A stretch of DNA of 64,000 nucleotides, taken from NCBI GenBank assembly GCA_964187785.1, contig OZ076409.1, positions 32,056,001-32,120,000 on the forward strand, given 5' to 3'. The notes beneath the pieces were generated by a model, which ran no database searches, was not told the origin of the DNA, and saw only the letters and a list, made by a program, of their open reading frames with translations. This DNA is from Amphiscolops sp. MND2022 (Eukaryota). Positions 27,624 through 40,380 of the stretch are shown here, one piece after another (position 1 is the stretch's first letter; each line of letters begins with the position of its first letter). A program made the translations under genes and the position numbers.

Positions 27624-28348
27624 TGTAACGGCACCCTGTGATCAACAAAATTTTCGAAGGTTGACAATTTTCTGAAAAATTCGTTCAAAAGTGACGTGGC
27701 CCTCAAACATGAGTTCACGAGATACCAGTCCAGCCAACTCATAAAGAGCGTGCACAAGCAAAGCCCGCGAGGCGGAAAAAAGAAGCGGAATGTCGAAAAA
27801 GTGCGTGAAACGTCATAAAACAGAAGAACCGTAGCCTATGCGCTAATTCCCACGGTGCCCATCGCAGTTTGCACAGAATCAGCATGTTCGAGTAATTATA
27901 CTATCCGGACCCAGGGTTGTGCCGAACCCGAGAACCAGTGCCATGCCACCTAGACCCAATTCGCCAAACTGGATTTTAACTCTTCTTTGACGTGTTATCG
28001 ATTTGTTTGATGAATTTTTAATTCGAGAGCTACTCTTGTTAATGTTGATGTCATTTACAATAGATTCCCCTCTGGATCATTCAATTTAGTTCTATGCAAC
28101 TCGACCCCCTTTTTACAGGCTATTTACACAGTGGATACGAGGAAAAATCGTATTTCATGTGACTAGTAGCAGTAACAGACCGGAGCAGGTCAGAGAGCAT
28201 CCCTAGAGACGGTTCTCCCTTCTCGGGACCGGCATTCCCTAGGAGGACAAAATGGACTGGAGTTATGGTGATTAGTCCCGGATCTTGACCCATAGCTTCG
28301 GTTCCTCCATCCCTTGTAGCGAATAAACGCTCAGCGCTTTTCATTACA
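27624..28348 (+). repeat. 3' LTR of element 2
   Basis: Direct repeat of 14318-15042, preceded by a purine tract at 27614-27623. Confidence 0.95.
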
Positions 28349-28367
28349 TTTTTTCACTGTTTTCCAG

Positions 28368-28709
28368 GCAACTTGCATCAATACACTGTGCAGTGCGTAC
28401 TCAACATTAACCTTTTCAACGAGAAGATATTCGCAGTCCTGTGGTTCTGGCTGGCCTTTGTCGCCATTCTCACTTCCCTCAACTTCTTCATGTGGATCTT
28501 CCGTATCGTGTGGCGCAATGACAGGATGTCTTACGTGCGCAAACATCTCAGATTCCTTGATCGCATCCCCTCTCACGGCTCCTTAACCAACAATGACACC
28601 GAGAGAAGAGCTGTTCGCAAGTTCGTCAACGCATATCTCAGATCCGATGGGGTCTTCCTTATAAGGCTCATTTCCAGAAACACCAGCTCCATTGTTACTT
28701 CAGAACTGG
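28368..28709 (+). CDS. inx: Innexin exon (extracellular loop 2, TM4, start of C-tail)
   Basis: HQYTVQCVLNINLFNEKIFAVLWFW and FVNAYLRSDGVFLIRLI are innexin signatures. Acceptor ttccag at 28367 is in phase with the previous exon (ILG|NLHQ); donor GTTAGT at 28710. Confidence 0.96.
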
Positions 28710-29139
28710 GTTAGTTTTAACATGTTTGAATGCATTAGAAGCAATGAACTTCTCAATTCCACTTGAATCACATTGAAATGATATATGTATTATGGCTTTT
28801 GCAACAAATTCGAAGCATTTCCATGATCAATACCTCACAGTCGATATAAAAAACCCTGATGGTCTGATCTCACAAAAACCACATCAAATATGGGCGCCCG
28901 CTTAAGACTTGAAAACATGAAAGTAGCAAAATCTGTGAATATGCTCGAGGACTATCATCGGGAAAACCGCTATCAATCGCACAGCGCACTCCAAGGTAGA
29001 CCCTGAAACTCGAAATTCCCTTAATTTAAAAAAAGTCGCAAAGTTTCGAAAATTCCCAAGTGGAAAAAAACTCCAAATTCGAAAAGAAAAATCTTTGGAG
29101 CTAGCTTTCCAAACGAAAAAAAATGAAAAAAAAACTTTT

Positions 29140-29200
29140 TCAAATCCAGCGCGAGATTCGAACCCACGACCAGACATCTGGTATTCTATGCCACTAGTTC
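29140..29200 (-). repeat. tRNA-derived (SINE-like) fragment
   Basis: Minus strand reads GGTCGTGGGTTCGAATCTCGCG, a B-box/T-arm-like sequence; no complete cloverleaf. Confidence 0.35.
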
Positions 29201-29920
29201 ACAGTACCAAAAACCCTAACACAGTTTTTAAATAAAGATAATTTTATACAAACTTGTCAGTTGCCGTTAGTTTTTGAAAATAGTCACAACAATATTAGGG
29301 TCATTTTTCAGAAAGCGTCAACTAAAAATCAAAGTCTCAAGTTCTGGAAACAAAAGCAAATCCGTCTCTTTCAAACATTCCTACGAAATTTATTAAACAG
29401 TTTTGGATGAAATTCGTTTGCCTTATTTTTAGAAATTTTTGAGAGAATGGTTCGTTATTTTCGCGCATATAGGAAAAGAGAATTCCTCTACCAGCCACGT
29501 TTGTTTTTTGTTCAAACTTTGTCCTATCACAATATTTTATTCAAAAGATAAACATTTCCAGAAAACACAACGACGAATTAACTATGTTCGTAGCATGTGT
29601 ATATTTATGGATGTATGTGAATATTTTTGAAAAAAGTGCCTTAAATGATTCAAATAATTGACGAGCAAAGTTTTAGACCTTTTTGTTCGAGTTTTGAACG
29701 TTTTTCTCGTACAGGTTGTTTTATTTGACTGATTTATGAGAAGATTTATTGACTTTACTCGAGCCCTAAACCTGAAAAACATATTGTCGCTAAAGTAAAT
29801 TAGAAGCGGGATAAAAACTCATTCTATAAAGTACCGACCCAATTCGATAATAGATTAAATGCTCAGTATCTATTTGTAATTTTAAAGTCATTTGATTTTT
29901 TGTCAACTTTTACGCTTCAG

Positions 29921-30234
29921 TTGCTCAACTTTACGACGACTTTTTATCGCAACCACGTTTCAATTGCACCACTCAGATACACCCACAAAAGGAGCCAGCG
30001 CAAGAACCGGCCGAGTGTAAGGAACGCCCGATGTTCCACACACCAGCACCAAACATTCCTCCACCCACATTTGAATCAGCTTTAACTGCCTCTGCTCCAA
30101 TGAGAGCGGGTATCGAATTGGTGGGTGACTACCCCCCTCTACCAAACACTCCTCCCCCGATCAGCTACAGGCAGAAGGACCCTTTGATGGGATACCCCCC
30201 TATCACTGGCAATCGATCACCACAGAATGGTTGA
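29921..30234 (+). CDS. inx: Innexin last coding exon (Pro-rich C-terminus)
   Basis: Acceptor cttcag at 29920, phase 1, gives ELVAQLYDDF... in frame with ORF 30031-30234 and its stop. Confidence 0.75.
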
Positions 30235-31488
30235 TGACAATTCGCTCCTGTATTTAACCACATTGAACATCGCCTGCTGAAAAATGATAGATGTGCTTTT
30301 GTAATTGCAAACGATATCGCCTGAAACATTCAAAACATTTCGGAGAATGGGTTACCGTAACTTCTTGAAAACATTATTTCAGCTTGCAAAATACTCAATC
30401 CACAATGCTATTATTGAGTAAAAAATCTGTAAAACAAAAATTATTATTACATGGACTATTCGATAAACAGAGTCAATGAAGATTCGGATTCGGACAACAT
30501 GTCCCGATATTGTTAGTCCCACTATGATTCTCAGGTTTTTGATAATCGGGACTTTTCGCCAGGTTGACCATAGTCTAGACCATAATTGGAGCCAAGCAAA
30601 TCTAAATTTCGTTCAGTGTGTTACGACTACCTAAAGGAGTGTTTGCGTAGTCGATTTAGTTTTCTTATAAGGGTTGATGTAGGTGCAATGATTGTATTTT
30701 CAGGCTTTTCTGACCTTGAGTTGTCATTATTGATAAAAAACAATATGTTTCCAAGAGTTTTGAATTTTTCAAGAAGAATCGTTTTAGCAACGTAACAAAC
30801 AGTGTAACAAAGATCACTAATAACTATCTGATTTAACTTATAAAATTAAAATATTTATACTTTCCTAGCATCATTTGTTCCTCACCTAAAAATCCCAAGA
30901 TATCATAAAAACCTGGTTTGTTCACACAAAAACTCAGTTGATTCATATTATTTCAGTCCCGCGTCACAAAATCAGGTATCGAAATTCTGAGTCGCGTCAC
31001 CGTTCCGTAACATTTGTTGAAATCATTTCTGTTCAGGCAATTTCATTTTCTGTTTGAACTTTAAAATGGCGGTAGAATAAAAGTTTACTTGTTATTTTCA
31101 TCGACGAAAGCACGCCGGCATGAACAATTAGTCAATTTCCAAGTTGGGAATTCAAATGCTCAGGCAAAATTATGACTAGCAAAAATGACGACGTAACTAA
31201 AACGAAATGAAATTGTTCAAGATTGAAGGAATTACTGAGATGAGTGAAAGGTAACAAATGATGATGAATATTACATGTTCCAATGTCTAATGGAATTACA
31301 TATTCACTCAGTTTGACAAAATTGGCAAAATTCATGTATCACAACTTTATACCTCAGCAATATAACAAAACGCAAAATCAAACGGAAGCCTTACGGCTGA
31401 CAAAAATTCACCTCGTAATAAATGAATATAAATTATCAATATAGTTACAAAAGCATATTGTCACACTCTGTGCGACAATCATCATTTT

Positions 31489-34400
31489 TATAGAAACCTC
31501 TATTTGTAGAAACAGTGTTAATAAAACATTTATTTCATACAATGATCCTCTGAAATAAAATGACACTTTAAAAATACATCTATACATTTTACGATCTGTT
31601 ATAATAGAGTTTACGACCCGTATTGTACATCTCCCTCCCCCCTCCAGTCCGAACTGGTCGTAGTAGATCGGGGAGGACTGTCACAGTCGAATGTAGTCCC
31701 CAAATCTCACAGGGGGTCGCTTTTCCCTCTGGGACCGTCTGGGGGGAGTCCGTGGGTTATCAGGGGGGTCTTTGCTAGAGGTGACTCGTTGGGTGACCCA
31801 GTTTCATTAGGTTTATCACAACATCTGGATTCCTTGTCGGGTGATCCAGCAGAAAGGATGTGGGGCATGATATCTTTTTCCAGCAAAGGCTTGTTCTCAT
31901 CTCCGAGGGACTCATTTGGTGGGCAATTGAACTTGAGTGGTGCTTTGAATGTAACTGCCGGTGTCTCTGGGGGGGATATGGGACAGTTCGCCTCTGGGGG
32001 GTGTTGTGTAAACTGTGCACCGGTCGGAACTTGACGCTTTGTTTCCGGTTGCGGTGTTTGCGGCTTTGCTTTAGGTGGATCTTGTGTCTGTTCTGGGTTG
32101 GTTCGTTGATTCACCGGAGACAGATTCTCGGCGTTGTTGAGAGTTTTCAAAGGTTGGATGGTGCGGGTAGTACCGGGTATGTCCACAACGATCTTGTCGA
32201 ATTTCCGTAGAAATTTCCGATTCCGGAGAGTAACTCTGCCCGACCCATCAACTTTGACGGCGTACTGGTCGAACTGTTTCACCTCGATCACCAAGCCGGC
32301 TCGATCCCATCGCAGTGGATGGTTACCTGTCTGGTTCTGGATAAAGACCCGGTCGCCAACTTTAAGGGGTTGTAACCGTACCGTGTGTTCGGTGAAGCGT
32401 TCAGCATTTCTGACATTTCTAGCACGCATTGCTTTTTCCCTGGCCCGTGATGTTTCTATCCAGGTGTTGTGAGGTCTGTATGAACCAGGCAGAATGGGGA
32501 TGAAGTCCTTTATGGGTCGTCCAAAGATCATTTGTGCTGGGGATAAACCGGTATCGCGGTGAGGGGTGTTGCGGTATTGAAGCATGCCTCTTTGAAATTT
32601 GTCGAGGTTGATCTCGCCGTTCGGGCCAGTGTTGTCCATGAGCATGCGCTTGCAGGTCTTGGCCCCGAGCTCGGCGCGACCATTTGAGTGGGCAAGTGCA
32701 ACAGATGAGAGGCGGTGATGGACACCCCAGTTTGACAACAGTTGTTGTGTCTCCTCGGCCGTGACTTCAGGTCCGCCATCTGACGAAAGTTCGTCTGCAA
32801 TGCCGTATGTAACAAAAATTTCGCGTAGGCATTTTACAAGACCAGAAGAACCATCTCGTGATTGCTGCACAATCGGCCAACCAGAATAGTAATTACAACC
32901 ACCATGTAATTGCAGCCCTTGTATTTGAAGTAATCCGCACAGATGCACTGGAAGGGTTGAACTGGTTCCTGAGCCACGAGCGGAGGGCCATGTGGTTGAC
33001 TGGGCGCACGTTCGTTGCATGACCGGCACCGTGCTCTCAAGTTTGCAATAGCCGGCGTAATGCCCGGCCAAAAGACGCTAGATTCAGCCCTGGACGTCAT
33101 GCAGGAGACACCTTGATGAGCAGAATGCAGTGTGTCTAGGATTAGTGCTCTTAGTGGTGATGGGATAAGAGTCCTGTTGTTGTATAAAATCACTCCATCT
33201 ACTGTGCTGAGGCCGTCCTTGAATTGGAAGAATTCTCGTATACCCGGGGCAAGATCCAATCGTGAGGTAATGCCCTGGAAACCGTCTTCGATCTTTTTTG
33301 GAGATTTTGTAGATTTTCATCGCGTAGGGTGTGTTCTCGAACCTCCGCCCATGTAACAGCGCGAATGTCGCCGAGATTGGTGGCCGCAGCAACTGCAAGC
33401 TTTTCTTCCAAATCAGCTGATGTGTCGGGTTCCCACGTCAAGGTAGCCTCAGGAAGACGGAAACGCGGTTCAATACAAGCGATGGAGTCCGACTCCTCGA
33501 AATCACTATCCAAGATAAGTTTTTTTGCATCACCAGTGGGTTTCCTCGAGTTTGCATCAGGCGCCTTTTTGTTTCTGTCCGGGTATATGGATTATAGAGA
33601 AACGGTATGGCAGCGTCTTCTCCTCGAGTGACAGTAGTCTTTCATTCTTGATATCGCCGAGGTGTCGGTTGTTGAGGACCCCGAGTAGCGGCTTGTGGTC
33701 GGTAGCTACTACTAAGTTGTCGCAACCGAGTACGAAGTGACGGGCGGACTCCAGTCCATAAACCACAGCTAATGCTTCCCCTTCAATAGGAGCATATCTT
33801 GATTCTGCTGGGTGTGTGAACCTGCTACCAGCGAATACTATTTTCCATCCCGTTGAGCAACAGACAGGAGTGATGACCTCACAGGTGCAGTACTTCTGCA
33901 AGAGCCAAAAACCGATGCCTTTCTTGGACCAATCTGTGGCGAGACATGTGACACGTTTGGAGTCGAATATCCGGACACCCACGGTGATTTTGTCCAGTAT
34001 AGCAGCCTTTGATTGCTCAAAAACTTGTTGCAGCTGATCATCCCAATAGAACGTTGACGACGGCTTGAGATGCTCGCGGAAAGGCGCCATGTCGTTGCGG
34101 AGGGAATCGCAGTACGATACTTGGTTGATGAGGCCAAACCAAGATCGGATATCAGTGATGTTTGTGGCGTGGGAAAGTCACGGATTGCGCGGATATGTTT
34201 GTCACTGGGCTGGATATCGGTCGGAGTGATGACGAAACCAGCAAATTCCACCGTGTCGGAGCCAAATACAAACTTTTCCGGATTCTGAACAATTCCGTGT
34301 CGACCGCAGATGTCTAGCCAACGACATGTTTGAAAGAAGCTTTCTTCGAGGGTGTCTGCCCATAAGCATGTGTCATCGATGCATTTGGTTTTGTTGGGGA

Positions 34401-36299
34401 AGTCATTGACAATCTCGTCAAATCTTCTGGTGTATCCGTCCTGTGAAGCAGCGTAGCCCTGTGGACAAGTTTTGTATCGGTACCGACCCCATGGCGTGAT
34501 GAACGTGGTGAGGTGGCGATCTTCTTCTCGGACTGGTACACTGTGATACCCGTTCCAAGCATCAGTAATTGTCTTCTTGGTCCCTGCAGGTACCAGCGTT
34601 GCTTGGTGAAACGGGGATTGGGTGTGATGTGTTTCACGAACAGCATGTTTGTTGAGCACCTGCATGTCCACTGTGCGTCGTGGTTTGCCGTTTTTCTTCC
34701 GAGTCGTGACCATTCGATGGCACCAGGTTACCGGTTCTCCAACTGGGACAGCCTCCAGAACCCCGAGTTTGACATCTCTGTCGATAGACTCCTTCACTTC
34801 CTGTTGCCAGTGTAGAGGGACTGGAATGGGTTTGTGGACTGCAATCGGCTTGGCTTCGGGGTCGACGTGGAGTTCCAACGGCGGGCCCTCCATCAGAGGG
34901 AGTGTTTGGCATTCGCAAGTGTTGAAAGTGCTGGATCCGTATCTGTCTAGTACCCAATTCTGGAGAGCGGTCCGGTTGGCGTCCGTTGCTGGGAACGGTA
35001 GAGCAGTTGGTAATGGTGGCGGCTTGGTGCGTATGGGGCAGGAGCAGTCGCACTCCTCGTCGCGTGGGCTTGCTGCAGCTGAACTGACTGACATGGGTTG
35101 CTGAGTGGCTGATCCGATTCGCGGGAAGTCGCTCGGGATAATTCCCAGTGTTGTACAGGCTTCCCGACTCAAGTATGCACCTTCTATCACGTCTATAAAC
35201 TTGATCGTGTCCTCCAGGGTCATGTCCTGGTCGTTATGTCCCAGTACATCTTGCTGGATGTCGCTGTCGCGAAGTCCTCTAATGAGAGCGTCACGGACCA
35301 TGTCGTCAGTGTAATTAACTGCTTCAAATGGGTTGTGAGAGCAGTTTTTCGAGAACTTGCAGATCTTAGCTTGACCTCGCAAGCGAGCGGCAAAGCTCCT
35401 AACACCCTTCTCTCTGTCCTGTGTCATTGTCAGGAGAGTCATCCTGCTCACCATGGCGTTCTCAGCCTTCACGGCTAGAGTCTTGATTGCTGTCAGAGCG
35501 TCTATCTCGGTTGCCATGGCGATGTTTGAGTGAGAGTGGTGGAGGTCCTTGCGTAGACTGTCTTCACAACATTCGAGGAGCTGTAAGGTGGCATCATGGT
35601 CGGCTATGCGTGTGGCTGTCTTGTAGGCGTCCCACCTGGTGATGAAGTACTCCCAGTCTTCACTCGTACTCTCTTTAGACACTTTTGGGCGAGACAATTT
35701 GTCGGGTTTGGCCTGTTGACAGGCGCCGGGGGCATGTGAATACCCGTGCACCGTGAAAAGTGCGATGGCTTGAGCCGCTTCAATATCTCCCGTGGCGTAG
35801 GTACATCCTTCAATGGGGCAATTGAGCACCACCATGGCTGGCGACCACGTTCACTGGTTTATTTTCTGCTTGGACCACACGATACGTGATGCTACCAAGG
35901 TAGATACAGAACGGGTTTAAAGTACACGATACGTGATACCTTAAGGACAAATAAAAAGAATACGCTTGAAGCACACGACACGTGATACTACAAGGTGATA
36001 TTCATGAGCGATACAATTGTAGCTCCGATCCAGTTCAGGCATTGTTAGGAATAAGATGCAAAGGAACGAACTAACGGGAAAAGGGTAGATGTTCCTTGTT
36101 TGCAGGATCTTTGTAGATTGCAGGAGTTGCTCGTCCACTTACTGAGAGTAGAGGATCATATAGAAACCTCTATTTGTAGAAACAGTGTTAATGAAACATT
36201 TATTTCAGACAATGATCCTCTGAAATAAAATTAAACTTTAAAAATACATCTATACATTTTACGATCTGTTATAATAGAGTTTACGACCCGTATTGTACA
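31489..36299 (-). mobile_element. Ty3/Gypsy LTR retrotransposon (element 3, Mag-like) with short LTRs
   Basis: 141-bp LTRs at 31489-31629 and 36159-36299; 5-bp TSD ATTTT (31484-31488, 36300-36304); polypurine tract on the minus strand at 31630-31645. Confidence 0.96.
31707..35835 (-). pseudogene. pol: gag-pol of element 3, internally deleted and frameshifted
   Basis: gag N-terminus fused directly to the pre-RT region (no knuckle or protease seen); RT DAWNGYHSVP, PQG, KCIDD; RNase H TDWS, EGEALA, TDHKPL; integrase HSAHQG..CRSC, CADYF, SDGGP, SNGRAE. Confidence 0.93.
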
Positions 36300-37702
36300 A
36301 TTTTATTATGAAATTTGGCAACAGCACTGGATATGGAATTACTTCTGTCTGGGAGATAAACAAGTACTTCAATTACGTCGCCCTTACGTCAAGTTTGGGA
36401 TCGTCCGTTAATTTGTGACCCAAAAGTATGGTGAAACGTTCAAACTTGATTCATTAGAAAATTTGTATGTTACGTAAGGTGAACGTGATTCCATACTTAG
36501 TATTCCAGGATAAATCCAAAACATTAAAATTATAAACACAGTTTCGCAATTTTCCCTTACAGTACAGCTTTTGTCATATAAAATTTTACTCCTGAAGATT
36601 TCTTAATGCATCGTTTCCTGAAGAAATTCCTTTCAAAACTAGCTTAAAACATCATCAGGCTGCTACACTCTTGCAATTTGCTCCGTAACGTCTCCGTACG
36701 TATTAAGATTAGGTCTTGCTGAACAGCGGTTGACGGAGACGTTACGTTGAGCTTTAGAAAATTATTCCAATTCTCTAAGTAGTGACGTCACAAAATCTTT
36801 CCAAATAATAACGTAATGCTAGCATAGCTGTCTTGATGACGTCACAAAAAGCCTTACAATTAGTTCCCAGCAGTGTACTTAACCGAAGCCATTGCGTTTA
36901 AAGTAGTAACAGTCGGGAGCCTGCTGTGACAGGACCACTCGGGAAGGAACAAAGGTTATATGCGGGTTTTTGTCAATTGACTTATTTCTTACATCAGCGG
37001 GAATTGTCAAGTTCCGACTGAAATTCGTAGTCTTTTGGCAACATTACTTTTACTAATTGATGCTTTGCAGGGCGTTCCCGCTGTTAGCAAAACCATTTTA
37101 GGTTTTTCTACCAAGTTACACGAACGTTCTCTTTTCGCTTTATTCTTCTGGTTGGTCTGCAGATTCTCCGTTCCATTAAACTTCGTGATTCTTAGCTTCA
37201 TGAAATGGCCAGTTTCACTACATAGGTCATATTTTTGGATTTTCTGGCGCGCAGAAAGCGAATCAATTGTAGTTCCAAGACCAGGTTTCCTGTCCCATTG
37301 CTCAACATCAGCTTTACGTCCATGAAGACGTTCTCTCCGTCGTTGTCCAGTGTTATACTGATCCGGGTAAAATTGCTACATTTCGTTCGAGCGACAAGTT
37401 CCCCCCTCTTACACGAGTCCTTTTCGACCACTATACCATGTGAAATGCTGGAACAGTTTTTGAAGGTGAACTTCGGTTACTGACTGCTCATTTTCGAGGT
37501 CAAAAGGTAACAGTGATTGTTACATTGTAATGTAATATCTTACGATTTCCGTTCGTAATCTCTTCTCTTTCCGAGTTCAGATTGAGCTTGACTGTCCTCC
37601 TTGCTTCTGTTCTGTTTCTGTTGCGCACCTATTGATGGTAATTTCATCGTTCGTGGAATCGTTTTAACTCCTCTCACCATTTTACGAAAACCTATTGCAT
37701 TG

Positions 37703-39192
37703 TTGTTTAGGGTAGTTGTTTTAGTTTTTTTATAGGGTTGATGTAGGTTCAATGATTGTATTTTCTGATTTTCCTCACCTTGAGTTGTCATTATTGATAG
37801 GAACCAATAAGTGTCCCAGCATTTTGAACTTTTCAACAGGAATTTTTGGCAACGTTTTAGCAACGTAAGAAACAGTGTAACAAAGATCACTAAAAACTCT
37901 CTGATTTAATTTATGAAACCAACATGTTTTTGAACTTTCCTAGCATCATTTGTTTGTCGCCTAAAAGTTCCTAGGTATCGGTAAATATGATTTTTCACTC
38001 AAAAACTCAGTTGATTCTTATTATTTCAGTCCCGCGTCATAAAACCAGGTATCGAAATTCCAAGTTGCGTCACCCTTCCTTAACATTTGTTGAAATCGAT
38101 TTTGTTCAAGCAAAATAATTTCCTGTTTGAACTTCAAAATGGCGGTAGAATAAAATTTACTTGCTATTTCTATTGCAAAAAGCACACCGGCATGACCAAT
38201 TAGTCAATTTCCAAGTTGGGAATTCAAGTGCTCAGGACAAAAGTATGACCATCAAAAATGACGACGTAACTAAAACGGAATGAAATTGTTCGAGGTTGAA
38301 CGAAATACTGCGATGAGTGAAAGGTAACGAATGATGCTAAATATTACCTGTTCCAGTGTCTACTGGAAGTTACAAATGCATTCAGTTTGTCAAAAGGGGC
38401 AAAATTCATGTATCACAACTATATACCTAGCAATATAACAAAACGCAAAATCAAACGGAAACCTTACGGCCGACAGTATTCACTTCGTACTAAATGAGTA
38501 TAAAACATCAAGCTACGAATAGTTACAAAGGTATATTGTCACACTGTGTGCGACAATCACGAGATTATTTTGAGATTCAGCAACAGCACTGGATAAGGAA
38601 TTACATTTGTTTGGGAGAAAAACAAGTATTTTATTCACGTCGCCCATACGTTAAGTTTGGGATCGTCCGGTAATTTGTGACCCACAGTTATGATGAAAAG
38701 TTCAAAGTTGATTGATTAGAAAAATCGTATGTTACGTAAGGTGAACGTGATTCCATGATTAGTGTTCCAGTATCAATCCTAAACATTAAAAGTATAAACA
38801 CAGTTCCACAATTCTCCCTTACAGTTCAGCTTTTGGCATACAAAATTATGTGCCTGAAGTTTTCTTAATGCATCGTTTCCTGAACAAATCTCTTTCAAAA
38901 CTAGCCCAAAAGATCATCTCGCTGATACACTGTTACAATTCACTCCGTAACGTCTCCGTACGTATTAAGATTAGGTCTAGCTGAGCAGCGGTTGACGGAG
39001 ACATCATTTTGAGCTTTGGAAAATCATTCCAATTCTCTAACTAAGGACGTCACAAAGTCATTCCAAAGAATAACGTAATGCTAGCTTAGCTGTCTTGATG
39101 ACGTCACAGAAAGCACGCCAATTAGTTCACAACAGCATATTTAACTGGAGCAATCGCGTTTAATGTAATAACAACCGGGAACTGGCTGTGAC
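37703..39192 (+). repeat. Copy B of the ~1.5 kb direct repeat (no insertion)
   Basis: Diverged collinear match to copy A, continuous across the element 3 insertion point (~38560-38575). Confidence 0.85.
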
Positions 39193-39594
39193 ACAGTGAT
39201 TTTACTATGATCAAAGTGGAAGAATTTTTTGTAACGTCAAGCTAGTGACGCACATACCGGAACTGGGACAAGGCACATGTTGCCTAGACTGGAGACCACT
39301 GGAGACCATAGTACTATAGTTAATATAAGCATTAGTTTTTAGTCCCTAAAGGTCTCCTAGGGGACTTTTTGATACGAATTAGGAGCGTCCTTAAATTAGA
39401 GCTCCGTGGCGACGTGCCGGCACACTCAAAGTCCGGACACGACCCACAAGGCTGTAAAAACGTATCTTAAAAATCCTGAGACCTCCTACATACTTCTGAG
39501 ATGTAAAAACAAGTGTTTAGCAAAGGTACTTTCTATTAGATGAACAGCATCTAAAATGAGGAAAACAAGGACATTATTTGTCAATGCATATTCC

Positions 39595-40207
39595 ATTTTA
39601 TCCCAGTATTTGGCACAACGTACAATATACCCAATCAAGCTTCAGTGTAGAAACCCACATTCAGCAGCAAGGGCTACTCAGCGGCCCTATACTACAGACG
39701 AACCAGGTAATGCCGGAAGTTGCATAGTACTGTCCTGGTTGTTCCAGGACAAACAATTAAATCGCTGTAGAGACCCTTCCACTCTACGTGGCATGGTCAA
39801 AATACCCCAAGGAAACCATCAGGAACATAAATGTGCGATCAAGAGCTTTCGCGAACAGATTCAGTGCGACGTTGATCTGTTTCAAAAAAGCTGGACTGTC
39901 CGACAGTCCAGCTTTTTTGAAACAGATCAACGTCGCACTGAATCTGTTCGCGAAAGCTCTTGATCGCACATTTATGTTCCTGATGGTTTCCTTGGGGTAT
40001 TTTGACCATGCCACGTAGAGTGGAAGGGTCTCTACAGCGATTTAATTGTTTGTCCTGGAACAACCAGGACAGTACTATGCAACTTCCGGCATTACCTGGT
40101 TCGTCTGTAGTATAGGGCCGCTGAGTAGCCCTTGCTGCTGAATGTGGGTTTCTACACTGAAGCTTGATTGGGTATATTGTACGTTGTGCCAAATACTGGG
40201 ATAAAAT
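39595..40207. repeat. Perfect palindrome, 306-bp arms, 1-nt centre (39901)
   Basis: 39595-39900 is the reverse complement of 39902-40207; the ORF track shows identical ORFs on both strands. Confidence 0.97.
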
Positions 40208-40380
40208 CTTCGAGTTTCCTGAGATCAGGTGAACGAAGTTTGTCTGTTCATCTATGCTGCACGCCGGACTTCTCGCAAGGGTAACCTGACGAGTCGTCAG
40301 GTTACCCTTGCGAGAAGTCCGGCGTGCAGCATAGATGAACAGACAAACTTCGTTCACCTGATCTCAGGAAACTCGAAGAT
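40206..40380. repeat. Perfect palindrome, 87-bp arms, 1-nt centre (40293)
   Basis: ATCTTCGAGTTTCC...CTGACGA G TCGTCAG...GGAAACTCGAAGAT. Confidence 0.97.

Larger units (their letters stand above)
14318..28348 (+). mobile_element. Ty3/Gypsy LTR retrotransposon (element 2), full length, inside an innexin intron
   Basis: Two 725-bp direct repeats TGTAAC...ATTACA; TGG directly after the 5' LTR; purine tract AGGGAGTGGA before the 3' LTR; gag-PR-RT-RH-IN inside. No clean TSD (AGTTT vs TTTTT). Confidence 0.95.
30640..36931 (+). repeat. Copy A of a ~1.5 kb direct repeat, interrupted by element 3
   Basis: 30640-31488 plus 36300-36931 align collinearly with 37703-39192. Confidence 0.85.

Noticed and set aside
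14313..28353. TSD for element 2
   Set aside because: Flanks AGTTT and TTTTT share only a T run; not convincing.
37007..37890. Minus-strand gene between the duplicated units
   Set aside because: Only short ORFs with no recognisable motif or consistent exon chain.
39784..40018. Identical 76-aa ORFs on both strands as real genes
   Set aside because: A direct consequence of the palindrome; no protein motif.
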